From assembly GCA_965208575.1 (NCBI GenBank), contig CBDBOV010000005.1:416001-480000 (forward strand): a stretch of DNA of 64,000 nt. The letters run 5' to 3'. Positions 30,993 through 44,446 of this stretch are shown here, one piece after another. The notes under the pieces are model-generated. The model ran no database searches. It worked only from the letters and a program-made list of their open reading frames with translations, and was not told the origin of the DNA. The position numbers and the translations under genes were made by a program. Origin of the DNA: Spirochaetia bacterium. Lineage in GTDB: Bacteria > Spirochaetota > Spirochaetia > SZUA-6 > Bin103. Numbering within the stretch: the first letter of the stretch is position 1; each line of letters begins with the position of its first letter.

Positions 30993-31865
30993 ATGAGTAA
31001 GCAGATACGGATCGGCGGGCCGGTGTTCGCCCCAGTCGAGACCCCGGAGCAGTTCGTGCGGCACCTGCAGGAGCAGGGGTTCGCGGCCACCTATCATCCG
31101 CACTTCGCGGATCCGGCGCTGCTCGCCGAGGCGGTGGCGGCGCTGGCGGAGGCGGACATCGTGATCGCCGAGACCGGCGCGTTCGGCATCAACGTCCTGG
31201 ATCCCAACGTGGAGCAGCGCGAACGCAACATCGCCGAGATCTGCCGGCGCCTGGAAAGCGCGGAGCAGATCGGTTCGCTGTGCTGCGTGGCGCACGGCGG
31301 CTGGGCGGGCAGCAACTCGTTCAACAAGCACTATCCGGACAACTTCAGCGCGCGCTCGGTCGACAACCTGGTGGCGGCGGTGCAGCGCATCATCGACACG
31401 GTACAGCCGAAGCGTACGAAGTTCGTGCTGGAGACCGAGTCGCGCTACCTGCCCGACTCCGCGGACCTCTACCTGGAGATCCTGCAGGCGGTGGACCGGC
31501 CGGCATTCGGCGCCCACCTGGATCCGGTCAACATCACCTCCAGCCCGCGCCGCTTCTACCGCAGCGGCGACTTCATCCGCGACTGTTTCGCCAGGCTTGG
31601 GCCGCACCTGGTGAGCTGCCACGCCAAGGACACCCAGATGCCGCGCCACGTGCAGGTGCGCTTCGACGAGACCTTCGCCGGCAACGGCAGCCTCGACTAC
31701 CATGCCTATTTCACCGAGCTTGCCAAGCTCGACGCCGACGTGCCGCTGATGATCGAGCACGTCAACGCGCGCCAGTTGCGCTGGGCCACCGACTACCTGT
31801 TCGAGCAGGCCGCCGGCGCCGGCGTCGCCATCCGCCACGCCGACCGCCGAACCGAACCGGCATAG
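30993..31865 (+). CDS. Sugar phosphate isomerase/epimerase (AP-endonuclease-2 TIM barrel)
   Basis: VLE, HLDPVN, CHAKD, G.G.LDY and MIEH. Confidence 0.88.
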   Translation: MSKQIRIGGPVFAPVETPEQFVRHLQEQGFAATYHPHFADPALLAEAVAALAEADIVIAETGAFGINVLDPNVEQRERNIAEICRRLESAEQIGSLCCVAHGGWAGSNSFNKHYPDNFSARSVDNLVAAVQRIIDTVQPKRTKFVLETESRYLPDSADLYLEILQAVDRPAFGAHLDPVNITSSPRRFYRSGDFIRDCFARLGPHLVSCHAKDTQMPRHVQVRFDETFAGNGSLDYHAYFTELAKLDADVPLMIEHVNARQLRWATDYLFEQAAGAGVAIRHADRRTEPA

Positions 31866-31891
31866 CACGCCTCCCTCCGGGCGGATCCGGG

Positions 31892-35137
<3,246 letters not shown>

Positions 35138-35150
35138 CGCCGGGAGCCGT

Positions 35151-36728
35151 TCACTCCACCCAGCCCTGCCGGTACCAGCGGTGGACGAGGCGGTCGTAGT
35201 AGATCCACTCCAAGGCGCCGCCCGCGGCACCGATGAAGTAGTAGGCGCGGTCGGCAGGGGTGCGCGCGAGACGTCTGCCGTCGGCGCCGGCGGCGGAGCC
35301 GCGGTCGTAGTGGACACGGTTGTCACGGACGTGGCCGGCGGGAGGGCCGGCGTTCGCCCACCACCAGCCGCTGGAGACCAGGAACGGCCCGCGGTGGGGC
35401 CGCCGCGGCGTTCGCGGGCGGGCTCCCGTTACCGGGATTTCCTGCGGCTTGGCGAGCACCCGCCGCACCAGGGGGACACCCGGCGCCGTGACCGCCGGCG
35501 GACGCGGTGCCGCCGGCGCGCCGACCGGCTGCCAGCGGTACTGCGCCTCCGGCAGGTGCGCCTCCTCCAGCACGGCACAGGCTACCGCGGCGTCGCCGAA
35601 CTCGGCGCGGATGCTCGCCAGGGCGGCGGCTCCGGCGGCCGGGTCGCGTCCCTGGCTGGTGCGGAACAGCTCGCCCTGACCGGCCGGCAGCGGGGTGTGG
35701 CGGGCGTCGAGGGCCAGTTCCTCCACCCCGGCGTTCAGGTCGAGGGCACGCAGCCGCAGGGCCAGCAGCTCCAGCAGCAGACCGCGCCGGCGGGTGGGGA
35801 AGGCGGGGCGGATCAGCTCATGCCGCCGCGAGCCGTCTTCCAGCAGGAGTTGCAGTTGCAGTTCGGCAACCGCGCCCGCCCTGTGCTGCAGGCGGTCGAG
35901 CAACCGGTCGAGGAGCACCCGGCAGTGGCGCAGCAGGCGCTCGGCATCGCTTGCGCGGTAGGTCAGCCGCCGCCGCTGCAGCAGCGGCGGCGGCGTGTCG
36001 TGGCCCTGCACGGGCAGCGAGGGAGCGCAGGCAGTACGGCGCAGCTCCGCCACCGGAGCGCCAAATCGGCGCAGCAGTTCGGCGTAGGGGAGCCGCAGGA
36101 AGTGCTCGACGGTGACCACGCCCAGTTTCTCCAGGAGGTCGCGTGCCGCCGGCTCCAGGGGCAGCCGGTCGAGCGGCAGGGCGGCGATGGCGGCGCGTTC
36201 TCCGTCCGCGTCGGCGACCACCAGCGGCCGGCAGCCGCCCCGCGCTACGCTCTCCCGAGCCAGCAGGCAGGTGCCCAGGCGGGTATGGCCGAGCACCACC
36301 GCGGCTACCAGGCCGGCGCTGCGCAGGAGCCGCCCGATGGTGTCGGCCAGCGCAACGCCCGAGGGGTAGTGGCGGCGCAATCCGGCTGCCTCCAGCCAGA
36401 ACACCCCGGGATCGGCCCAGCCGGAGCCCCCCCATTCGACCCGTGGGCTGACGGTCAGCAGCCGCTCCCGGATCAGCCGCACTCCCGTTGCCAGCTCGGC
36501 GGGGGAGATCGTTCCGGCATGCAGGTGGGAAACCAGGGAGAGCGCCGCGGCGTAGCGCATCCCGACCCGCACCCCGGCGGCGCGCGCTCGCCGGTTTACC
36601 GCCGTCACGGTGCCCAGCGGCTTGTCCTCGCTGACCACCGCGACCGGTTGCCGCTTCCAGCCGGGGTGCCGCCGCAGCAGCAGTTGCAGCGGCAGCTCGC
36701 CGACGTCAACACATGCCGTAGGGGGCAT
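35151..36728 (-). CDS. imuB: ImuB, catalytically inactive Y-family polymerase
   Basis: Y-family N-terminus ([14 protein letters not shown]), QGELF clamp-type motif, C-terminal GWW...RAYY...W...GWVE; lies between imuA and dnaE2. Confidence 0.88.
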   Translation of the reverse strand: MPPTACVDVGELPLQLLLRRHPGWKRQPVAVVSEDKPLGTVTAVNRRARAAGVRVGMRYAAALSLVSHLHAGTISPAELATGVRLIRERLLTVSPRVEWGGSGWADPGVFWLEAAGLRRHYPSGVALADTIGRLLRSAGLVAAVVLGHTRLGTCLLARESVARGGCRPLVVADADGERAAIAALPLDRLPLEPAARDLLEKLGVVTVEHFLRLPYAELLRRFGAPVAELRRTACAPSLPVQGHDTPPPLLQRRRLTYRASDAERLLRHCRVLLDRLLDRLQHRAGAVAELQLQLLLEDGSRRHELIRPAFPTRRRGLLLELLALRLRALDLNAGVEELALDARHTPLPAGQGELFRTSQGRDPAAGAAALASIRAEFGDAAVACAVLEEAHLPEAQYRWQPVGAPAAPRPPAVTAPGVPLVRRVLAKPQEIPVTGARPRTPRRPHRGPFLVSSGWWWANAGPPAGHVRDNRVHYDRGSAAGADGRRLARTPADRAYYFIGAAGGALEWIYYDRLVHRWYRQGWVE

Positions 36729-37401
36729 GGCAGGTGACCGCCAGCGACCGGCCGGGGCCGTGGCGGCGATCCTTGAGTACACGGATGCCGTAATGAAAGG
36801 AGCCCGGGTGGCGTGTTGCGGTGCGAAAACCGCGCCCGCGGAGGGCCACCAGCGACCCGAGGGTGAGCTCCGATTCGGGGGTAGTGAGACACAGCAGAGC
36901 GGTATCGTGGCACCGTGCCAAGCGCGCCAGCCGGCCCAGGATTGCCGCCGGAACGTCCAGGTAAGCGCCCAGCTCCAGTACGATGAGCCCGAAGGCGCCG
37001 CACCGGGTGAGGCGGTCGGCGACGCCCAGCACCGCCTCCGGGCCGGGCACGGTGATCACCGGCAGGGCGGCCAGATCGACCCCGCAGAGGGCGGCGTCGG
37101 GCGGAAAGAAGGTGGCGCGGGAGGCGGTGACCCAGGCCGCGGGCTCCGCGGCCTGTTGAAAGGAGCGGATCAGCGCGCAGGCCAGGGTCAGATGGACCCC
37201 GTGCGGGCCGGACGCCAGTTCGCACAGGCGTCCGGCAAGCTCCGCCGGGCGCCACAACCGCCCGGCACTACCGGTCCGAGTGGGGGTGGAACGGCGCTCC
37301 CATTCCGTCAGCGCGGCTGCCGGCACCAGGGAACTCGTGGGTCCGGGGGATCTCGTCCGAAAAGGGCGTCCGGCGGGCGATGCTTGGGCATCGGTTTTCA
37401 T
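36706..37401 (-). CDS. imuA: ImuA (RecA-like mutasome factor)
   Basis: GRLCEL, FFPPDAA..GVDL and GAFGLIVLEL with a degenerate Walker A; operon position. Confidence 0.8.
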   Translation of the reverse strand: MKTDAQASPAGRPFRTRSPGPTSSLVPAAALTEWERRSTPTRTGSAGRLWRPAELAGRLCELASGPHGVHLTLACALIRSFQQAAEPAAWVTASRATFFPPDAALCGVDLAALPVITVPGPEAVLGVADRLTRCGAFGLIVLELGAYLDVPAAILGRLARLARCHDTALLCLTTPESELTLGSLVALRGRGFRTATRHPGSFHYGIRVLKDRRHGPGRSLAVTCHAPYGMC

Positions 37402-37433
37402 CGTCTTCCTTGTCACGGAGTGACCGTACAGAC

Positions 37434-38075
37434 TCACGGTTCCAGCACCGGGGTGCTGCCTTCCAGGTAGCGGCGCACCTCGATCACCTTGCCGAGGATC
37501 CGGACCCGCTCGGGGTCGGGCACGATCGGATCGAACGCCGGGTTGGCGGGATGCAGCTCGATGCGTCCGGCGCGCAGCTTGAGCCGCTTTACCGTGGCCT
37601 CGTCCTCCACCAGGGCCACCACGATCTCGCCCGAAAGAGCGCTCTCCCGGCGATGTACGATCACCACGTCGCCGGGCAGAATGGCGGCATCGCGCATGCT
37701 TTCGCCGCGCACGCGCAGGGCGAACAACTCGTCGCGCGGCTTGGCCGACTGCACCGGTACGTAGCCGTCGGGGTCTTCGCTGGCAGTGGTGAGGGCCCCC
37801 GCCTGGACGCGTCCGAGGAGCGGCACCAGCACCGCGGGATACGGCGTGCTCCCGGCCGGCAGCCGGTAGCCGCGCGCCTTGCCCGGCTCCTTGTCCAGCA
37901 GCCCGTCCCGCACCAGGGCCTCCAGGTAGTCGCGCGCCGATTGTACCGCGCGGAAGCCGAAGTGGGCCTGCACTTCGCGGGTGGTGGGCGGCGCTCCGGA
38001 CAGGATGCGGTCGCGTACGAACAGGAAGATGTGACGTTTCCGCTCCTGGGAGCGGTATCGGGTAGCGGCGGTCAT
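37434..38075 (-). CDS. lexA: LexA repressor
   Basis: PPTTREV wHTH, VQAG cleavage site, GESM (Ser) and EATVKR (Lys). Confidence 0.95.
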   Translation of the reverse strand: MTAATRYRSQERKRHIFLFVRDRILSGAPPTTREVQAHFGFRAVQSARDYLEALVRDGLLDKEPGKARGYRLPAGSTPYPAVLVPLLGRVQAGALTTASEDPDGYVPVQSAKPRDELFALRVRGESMRDAAILPGDVVIVHRRESALSGEIVVALVEDEATVKRLKLRAGRIELHPANPAFDPIVPDPERVRILGKVIEVRRYLEGSTPVLEP

Positions 38076-38084
38076 GGGAAATCG

Positions 38085-38127
38085 ACGGTACAGACGTATG
38101 TCTGTTGATGTCAAGACGCTTGTCTGT
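38085..38127 (-). promoter_or_regulatory. lexA promoter (TTGACA-18-TACCGT) overlapped by two palindromic operators
   Basis: ACAGAC-GTAT-GTCTGT (38090-38105) and CAAGAC-GCTT-GTCTGT (38112-38127); -35 at 38114-38109. Confidence 0.75.
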
Positions 38128-38164
38128 TTTTTTCCGAAGATTGTTTCGGGGCCGTTTCGTTCGG

Positions 38165-39343
38165 TTACCGGCGGCGCAAGGTCTCCTTGACGGAGAAGAT
38201 GAACAGTGCGGCTCCGGTAAGCCCGAACAGTCCCACCACCGGGCCGGCAACGGCCAGTGAAAGGATGCCGGCCACCGCCCCGATCACCGCCGGACCGGAG
38301 GCGGTGCCCACGTCGCCGATCAACCGCCACAGACCGATGAACTCGCCGGCTCCCCGCCTGGGGGCGAGATCGGTGCCCATGGTCATCAGGAACCCGCTGC
38401 CCAGCCCGTTGCCCGCGCCGGCCAGTATCCCGATCAGCAGCAAACTCAGAAAACTGCCGGTAAGGGGCATCAGGGCCAGGCTCAGGGACATGACCGCTAT
38501 CGAGCTGGTCGCCGCCCAGCGCCGGCCGAGACGGTCCATGACCACCCCGGTAGGATAGAACAGCACCATGTCGGCGATTCCGGAAGCGCTCATGGCGAGT
38601 CCTACTTCCGCCACCGACAGGCCGATCGATTCGCCCCACAGCGGGATGAACAGTTGCCTCCCGGCCCGGATCAGGTTGAGGGCAATGATGGCGGGACCGG
38701 CGCGCAGCAATACCCGCCAGTGGTCGCGCACGATCGCCACCGGATGATACCAGCCGCCGGCGCGCGCCGGCGCCGGCGGCGGGCGCCGCTGCGTCCAGCG
38801 CAGCACCGCGGCGCCGGCCAGGACCATCAGGCAGGAGAGGGCCGCGAACGGCGCCCACAGCCCCAGCAGTTCGGCCACCGCGCCTCCCACGGCCGGGCCG
38901 ATGGCGAACGAACCGATCCGGTTCATGCCGCCCAGCGTGGCCAGCGCCCGCCCGCGCTGGTGCGCCGGCACCGTTTCGCGCGCCACCGCCATGCGTGTCA
39001 CCATCCAGGTGCCGCGTCCGGCGCCGAGCAGCACCGCGGCGGCGCCGAGCAGCAGCACGCTGCCGCCGAGGGCGGCCAGCAGGCCGGCGACTGCCAGGGT
39101 GCCGAGCACGGTAAGCGCCAGCGTGCGCTGCGGCCAGCGTGCGGCCAGGACGCCGGCCGGGATGTCCACGATCAGGGTGCCCACCGCCACCAGGGCGACA
39201 ATGCCGGCGGCGCCGGCCACGCTGCCGCTCAGGCTGGTGGCCAGGCGCGGCAGAACGGGGAGAATCAGCCCCCAGCCGACGGTGTACAGCAGTTCCGGGA
39301 TATACAGGGTCAGGAACAGGCGGCGGATGTGCGGCGCGGGCAC
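38165..39343 (-). CDS. MFS transporter
   Basis: About 12 hydrophobic segments; G..MDRLGRR motif. Confidence 0.9.
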   Translation of the reverse strand: MPAPHIRRLFLTLYIPELLYTVGWGLILPVLPRLATSLSGSVAGAAGIVALVAVGTLIVDIPAGVLAARWPQRTLALTVLGTLAVAGLLAALGGSVLLLGAAAVLLGAGRGTWMVTRMAVARETVPAHQRGRALATLGGMNRIGSFAIGPAVGGAVAELLGLWAPFAALSCLMVLAGAAVLRWTQRRPPPAPARAGGWYHPVAIVRDHWRVLLRAGPAIIALNLIRAGRQLFIPLWGESIGLSVAEVGLAMSASGIADMVLFYPTGVVMDRLGRRWAATSSIAVMSLSLALMPLTGSFLSLLLIGILAGAGNGLGSGFLMTMGTDLAPRRGAGEFIGLWRLIGDVGTASGPAVIGAVAGILSLAVAGPVVGLFGLTGAALFIFSVKETLRRR

Positions 39344-39388
39344 GGACGCATTATCGGGGCAGGGCGCCGCCGCGGAAAGAGTGCGGCG

Positions 39389-40774
39389 CTATCCTCTCTG
39401 CCAGAGCAGCGTACCGGGGCGAAACTGGCTCCAGGCGAACCAGAACGCCTCGTGGCTCGGCGTCTCCCGGTCGTCGATGAAGGCGCGGATGCCGCTGCCG
39501 TCGATGGCCACCCGCACCCCGGCCAGCTCGACCGCGGCGCCCGCCTGCAGGGCCAGCACGGCGTTGGCCACCGGAAACGCCACCGCCGTGCCGTCGGCGC
39601 CGAGCACGCCGAGCACCCGCTCCTGCACCGGCAGCCGCGGGTCCACGTCGCCGACCGGGAAGATCGGACCATTGTCGTCGCGCCCGCGCAACGGGTCCAT
39701 CGGATAGCGGTTGCCGGGGACGCCGCCATCCTCGGCGATGATGGTGGTGTCGGGGTGCGCCTCCTTCCAGGCGCCCCAGGTGGAAGTGACCACGGTGAGC
39801 TGGTTGAGGATCACGCCGGCCTCGTGCAGCGGCCCCGACAGGGCGCGCCCGGTGAAGGTGTCGACGGCCGAGGTGGTGACCAGGTCGTACATGAACTTGT
39901 TGGAGCGGGACAGCAGCCCGGAGGTGCGCAGCACCGGGAAGAATCCCTTGATGTCGTCGGTGTAGTACGCCTGCGCCGAGCCGCACAGGGTGCAGTAGGG
40001 CATGCCGAAGGTGCGTCCGCCCAGGGCGTCGTTCACCATCTCGTGCACCTCCATGATGTTCTTGGGATAGGCGCGCGCCTCGCCGTTGACCACCAGGCCG
40101 AACACCAGGGCGGAATCGGGGTACCAGCTTCCGCCGGCGGCATCGGTGACCGGCGGACTGTCGAGTGCCGGGATGCAGCGGAAGCAGCGCTGTCCGGGGC
40201 CGGCGTCGCTGCGGTCGTCCATCAGCACGCCGCCCCACGCCACCAGCCGCCAGTCGATCGCCGAGTCTTCATCGGCGAAGAACGGCTCCCAGCGCGAATC
40301 GATCAGGGTCATCAGGTTGCCCTTGAGGCGGCGGTAGCCGGGGAACGCCGGCAGATCCCACGCCATCAGGTGATCGGGTATGGCGTTGTAGTCGCCGCGC
40401 GGCAGGGTTACGCCGGTCAGCTCCTCGAAGGTGACGTTCAGGGTCTCCATCTCGCGTTGACCGATGAAGCGCAGCAGGTCGGCCACGAACCACAGGATGC
40501 GCGGGTCGCCGCTCTCCTTGAGGCGTGCGAGCGCGCCGGTGTCGAGACTGCGCTCCGAGATGCTGGTAATGATCGATTCGATGTCGGCGCGCGTTGCCGG
40601 ATTCAGTTCGCCGTCCGGGTAGTCGGGCGGCGTACCGAACCGCTGCCCGAAGGCGCCGACCAGCTCTGCGCCGGAACCCGCGGGCGCCGATTCGGCGGCG
40701 GCCGGCAGGGCGGCGGTGACCAGCAGCATGGCCAGGAACGACGCCGGCAACCGGCGCCCGGTGACGGTTCTCAT
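39389..40774 (-). CDS. DUF3179-family exported protein
   Basis: IPALDSP, ARAYP, HEMVND, YCTLCGS, SGLL..SN..MYD and FWFAW. Confidence 0.85.
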   Translation of the reverse strand: MRTVTGRRLPASFLAMLLVTAALPAAAESAPAGSGAELVGAFGQRFGTPPDYPDGELNPATRADIESIITSISERSLDTGALARLKESGDPRILWFVADLLRFIGQREMETLNVTFEELTGVTLPRGDYNAIPDHLMAWDLPAFPGYRRLKGNLMTLIDSRWEPFFADEDSAIDWRLVAWGGVLMDDRSDAGPGQRCFRCIPALDSPPVTDAAGGSWYPDSALVFGLVVNGEARAYPKNIMEVHEMVNDALGGRTFGMPYCTLCGSAQAYYTDDIKGFFPVLRTSGLLSRSNKFMYDLVTTSAVDTFTGRALSGPLHEAGVILNQLTVVTSTWGAWKEAHPDTTIIAEDGGVPGNRYPMDPLRGRDDNGPIFPVGDVDPRLPVQERVLGVLGADGTAVAFPVANAVLALQAGAAVELAGVRVAIDGSGIRAFIDDRETPSHEAFWFAWSQFRPGTLLWQRG

Positions 40775-40878
40775 CGATACATCATACCGCCGTTTGCCGC
40801 GGGCGTTTTCCGCACGGTCCGGCACGGTCCTGGCACGGTCCCGTGAGCAGGTCACGCCATGTGTGGCACTATGGCTGC

Positions 40879-42057
40879 ATGGCGTCATCTTCAGGATCGT
40901 CCACGCCGCGGAGGGCGCCCGAGCCGCCCGCGCACCCGAGCGTCGTCGGGCCGGCGCCGGCGGCCGGCCGCCTGGCCGCGGTGCGCGAGTGGCTCGGTGC
41001 GCAGGCTGAGCTCGACGGTCTGCTGGTGGTCCGCCAGGAGAACCTGGAGGACTTCGACTTGCGCTACCTGACCGGGTTCACGGGATCGTCGGGATTCGCG
41101 GTGGTCACCGCCGGCGAGGCGCTGTTGCTGACCGACGTGCGCTACGTGGAGCAGGCGGCCCGACAATGCCCGGGTTGGCGGATCGAGCGGCATGGGCGTC
41201 CGGCGACCGAGGAGTTGGCGGCCGCGCTGCACGGCGCCGGCGTGCGCCGGCTGGCGTTCGACCCGGCCGGCCTCACCGTGGCGCTGTGCGACGAGCTGCG
41301 CGCCGGGCTGCCGGAAGTGGCCCTGCATTCCGCCGCCGGAACGGTGACCGCGTTGCGCGAACGCAAGGACGCGGCGGAGGTGGCCGCCATTGCCCGCGCC
41401 TGCGCGATCAGCGATGCCGCGTTTGCGCGGTTGCTTCCCGAGATCCGTCCCGGCATCAGCGAGCGTGAGTTGGCGCGCCGGCTGGAGGAGCTGCTCTACC
41501 GGCAGGGTGCCGACCGCGTGGCTTTCGAGGCGATCGCGGCATCGGGCCCCAACTCCGCGCTGCCGCACGCGCAGCCGTCGGCGCGGGAGATCGCGCCCGG
41601 TGACCTGATCACGTTCGACTTCGGCGCCGGAGTGGCCGGCTATTGCGCCGACATGACCCGCACCGTGGTCATGGGAGCGGCGTCGCCGCGCCAGCGGCGC
41701 CTGTACGAGGCGGTGCGCGGCGTGCAGGCGGCCGGTGTGGCCGCGCTGCGCGCCGGGGCGCGCTGCAGCGAGATCGACGCCGCCGCGAAGCAGGCGATCA
41801 AGGCCGCCGGCTACGGCGAGTATCCCACCCACAGCCTCGGCCACGGCGTCGGCCTGGCGATCCACGAGGCGCCGGCGATGCGGCCGGGCAGCGACGACGT
41901 GCTCGCTCCCGGCCACATGGTGACGGTGGAGCCCGGCATCTACATCCCCGGTTTCGGCGGGGTGCGGATCGAGGACACGGTAGTGATCGAAGCACATGCG
42001 CGGCGCGTGCTCACGACCACGACGCGTCGGCTGATCGAGCTGCCGGTGCCGCGCTGA
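40879..42057 (+). CDS. Xaa-Pro aminopeptidase (M24B)
   Basis: [12 protein letters not shown]...[23 protein letters not shown] and RIED. Confidence 0.93.
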   Translation: MASSSGSSTPRRAPEPPAHPSVVGPAPAAGRLAAVREWLGAQAELDGLLVVRQENLEDFDLRYLTGFTGSSGFAVVTAGEALLLTDVRYVEQAARQCPGWRIERHGRPATEELAAALHGAGVRRLAFDPAGLTVALCDELRAGLPEVALHSAAGTVTALRERKDAAEVAAIARACAISDAAFARLLPEIRPGISERELARRLEELLYRQGADRVAFEAIAASGPNSALPHAQPSAREIAPGDLITFDFGAGVAGYCADMTRTVVMGAASPRQRRLYEAVRGVQAAGVAALRAGARCSEIDAAAKQAIKAAGYGEYPTHSLGHGVGLAIHEAPAMRPGSDDVLAPGHMVTVEPGIYIPGFGGVRIEDTVVIEAHARRVLTTTTRRLIELPVPR

Positions 42058-42158
42058 CGGGTAGTGCCGTGCGCTGGCGTGTTGGTTGCGACACCGTGCT
42101 GCCCACGCGCGGCGCGGGTTGCGCGGCGTGCGGCGCCCGATGCGACGGTCAGCGGTGA

Positions 42159-43196
42159 TCAGTTCATACGGTTCGGAGGTGCATCACCGCGCAGCCGGGC
42201 GGCGATGGCGGCCGCTGCCATGCGTGCGCCGGTGCGGGCGCTGCCGCGGGAGGCGCCGGCGATATGCGGCGTGAGGGTGACGTTGGGCAGGGCCAGCAGC
42301 GGGTGGCCGGCGGGCAGCGGCTCCTCCGGAAACACGTCGATTGCCGCGCCGGCGAGCCGGCCGGCCGCCAGCGCCCGCGCCAGGGCGTCGTAGTCGAGCA
42401 GCGGGCTGCGCGCGGTCTGGATCAGGTAGGCGCCGCGGCGCATCAGCGCCAGTTCCCGCGCCCCGAGGAGCGGGGCGGCCCCGGGGCGGTGGCGGGCGTG
42501 CAGGCTCACCACGTCGGCGCCCGCCAACAGCGCCTCGATGGAGCACCGCTGCACTCCCGCCGCGGCGAATGCCTCGGGCGGAAGGTAGGGGTCGCAGGCC
42601 AGCACCCGGGCACCGAACGCCGTCAGCAGTGGTGCCAGCAGGCGGCCGATGTGGCCCATCCCCAGCAGGCCGACGGTAAGGGCGGTCAGATCCTCGCCCA
42701 CCGAGTCGTAGCGATACAGGTCGGCGCGCCAATGCGCCGCCGCGGTCAGGTCGCGGTGCCCGCGGGCGAGGCCCTTGGTAATGTCGATGATCATCGCCAC
42801 CGTGAACTCCGCCACCGCCCGCGCGTTGCGCCCCGGGGCGTTGCACACCACCACGCCGCGCCGCTTCGCTTCCTCCAGGTTCACGTTCACCGCGCCGCTG
42901 CGTGCGCACGCCACCAGCCGCAGCGCCGGCGCCGCCGCCAGCACCTGCGCGCCCAGGGCGGCCATGTGCACCGCCGCCAGCTCCGCCTCGCGCAGTACGG
43001 CGATTACGCGACCGGCATCGCCGGTGTACTCGCGGATCTCCTCGTCGTGGGCCATCGGCACGTCAGGCCACTCGTGCTCGTCGGCAACGAAGCGCAACTC
43101 GCCGGCGCGGCTGCCGACCGCCTCCTCGATGGCGCGCCGCAGGAGGACGGTGCGGACGAATCGGTCGCCGATTACCGCTATGGTGGTTCGCTTCAC
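42159..43196 (-). CDS. D-isomer-specific 2-hydroxyacid dehydrogenase
   Basis: GRNARAVAE, GMGHIG, TAR, DVFPEEP and TPHIAG. Confidence 0.92.
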   Translation of the reverse strand: MKRTTIAVIGDRFVRTVLLRRAIEEAVGSRAGELRFVADEHEWPDVPMAHDEEIREYTGDAGRVIAVLREAELAAVHMAALGAQVLAAAPALRLVACARSGAVNVNLEEAKRRGVVVCNAPGRNARAVAEFTVAMIIDITKGLARGHRDLTAAAHWRADLYRYDSVGEDLTALTVGLLGMGHIGRLLAPLLTAFGARVLACDPYLPPEAFAAAGVQRCSIEALLAGADVVSLHARHRPGAAPLLGARELALMRRGAYLIQTARSPLLDYDALARALAAGRLAGAAIDVFPEEPLPAGHPLLALPNVTLTPHIAGASRGSARTGARMAAAAIAARLRGDAPPNRMN

Positions 43197-43264
43197 TGTC
43201 CGGTTGCCTCGTTACCGATCGTCGCCGCGCGGCGGGCGGGGTCGCCGCGTCGACTGCGCCGCGT

Positions 43265-43645
43265 TCACGGGGCCGCGGCGTCGGTCACGTCGCGCACCCA
43301 GGAGAGCGCCGCCATGGCCGCGGACCAGCCGATCGAAGACACCGCGAGCAGCGGCACCTGCAGCAGCGCGGCCGCCGGGACGCCCTCGCGCAGGGCGCGC
43401 CGCGCGTGGGAGTGAACCGCGCCCTGCGAGCGCGCGCCCACCGCCAGGGCAAGCTTGACCAGCCGTTGCGAGCGGGCATCGAGAGGACCGGCCGCCGCGG
43501 CCGCATCGCCGAGCATCCGGTACGCCTGCCACACGTCCGGGTAGTCGCCGATCACCCGGTCCAGAAACCGGGGCAACCGTTCCTGACTGTGCGGCTGCGC
43601 CTCGCCGCTGCCCGGCTCCGATCGCGCAGAGCGGTCTTTATTCAC
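43265..43645 (-). CDS. Carboxymuconolactone decarboxylase (CMD/AhpD-like) protein
   Basis: GPLD...RLVKLALAVG...GAVHSH.RRA..EG. Confidence 0.85.
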   Translation of the reverse strand: MNKDRSARSEPGSGEAQPHSQERLPRFLDRVIGDYPDVWQAYRMLGDAAAAAGPLDARSQRLVKLALAVGARSQGAVHSHARRALREGVPAAALLQVPLLAVSSIGWSAAMAALSWVRDVTDAAAP

Positions 43646-43729
43646 GATCCCCTCCAATCACGGTATGCTTGATGGTGACGGAGCGACGGCCTTCATGTCG
43701 AGGGTGGGAATCCGACGCGTCTGGAGCGG

Positions 43730-43758
43730 TTGAAAGCATTCATGACGACAGTTATCTT
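43730..43758 (+). promoter_or_regulatory. Putative sigma70 promoter
   Basis: TTGAAA-17 bp-TATCTT upstream of the 43813 gene. Confidence 0.4.
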
Positions 43759-43812
43759 CACCGCGAATCACGATCAACTCGGGCGGCTGCCTGATCGACA
43801 AGGATGGATTGC

Positions 43813-44313
43813 ATGTCCAAGCGAACGACGGTAGTAGCGGTGGCGGCGGCGCTGCTGGCAATGACGGCGCATACGGCGGCCGGCGACGAGAGCGGAACCT
43901 TCTTCATGGTCAGAAGCTACGCGCACTCGTACATCACCGTGGAACACGCCGACGAGTCGTACACCGGTGGCATATTGCGCGGCACGCAAACGATCCTCGA
44001 CAGCAGCGGAGGCCCGTTCGTCGACGGTATGATCAGCACGTCGGACTGCCTGGTGTTTTCGCGCAGCTCGGATGCCGGCATTGCCCTGGAGGCGCCGTGC
44101 GAGAACACCGACGGCGACGGCGACGTGCTGTATACGACGGCGCTTCGGGAGCAGGGTACCGTTGACGCCGGCGGCGGCGGCCCAGGCCGCTGGGAGCTCC
44201 GTGGCGGCACCGGGAAGTATCAAGGCATCACCGGAGTCTGCCCCTACAATACGCAGTACCTGGAGGGCAACAGGGTGGTGACCGTCGGCGAGTGTACCTG
44301 GAGCAAGTCGTAG
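43813..44313 (+). CDS. Hypothetical exported beta-barrel protein (allene-oxide-cyclase/dirigent-like pattern)
   Basis: Signal peptide; D.DGD.LY and W...GGTGKY.GITG; four Cys residues in the mature region. Confidence 0.65.
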   Translation: MSKRTTVVAVAAALLAMTAHTAAGDESGTFFMVRSYAHSYITVEHADESYTGGILRGTQTILDSSGGPFVDGMISTSDCLVFSRSSDAGIALEAPCENTDGDGDVLYTTALREQGTVDAGGGGPGRWELRGGTGKYQGITGVCPYNTQYLEGNRVVTVGECTWSKS

Positions 44314-44446
44314 CCGAGGTTCGACGGTAGCAACCTGCCGGCGCGGCTCCTGGGGAGAGACGACGCGATCCTGACATCGGCTCCGGTCGTTTGCTCCTGA
44401 CCGCGATGCCGGGGTAGCCTGTCCGCACCCAGGGGACGTGACAGCA

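Noticed and set aside
39389-40774. DUF3179 as a selenoprotein
   Set aside because: The frame has no internal TGA; the motif is plain CTLC.
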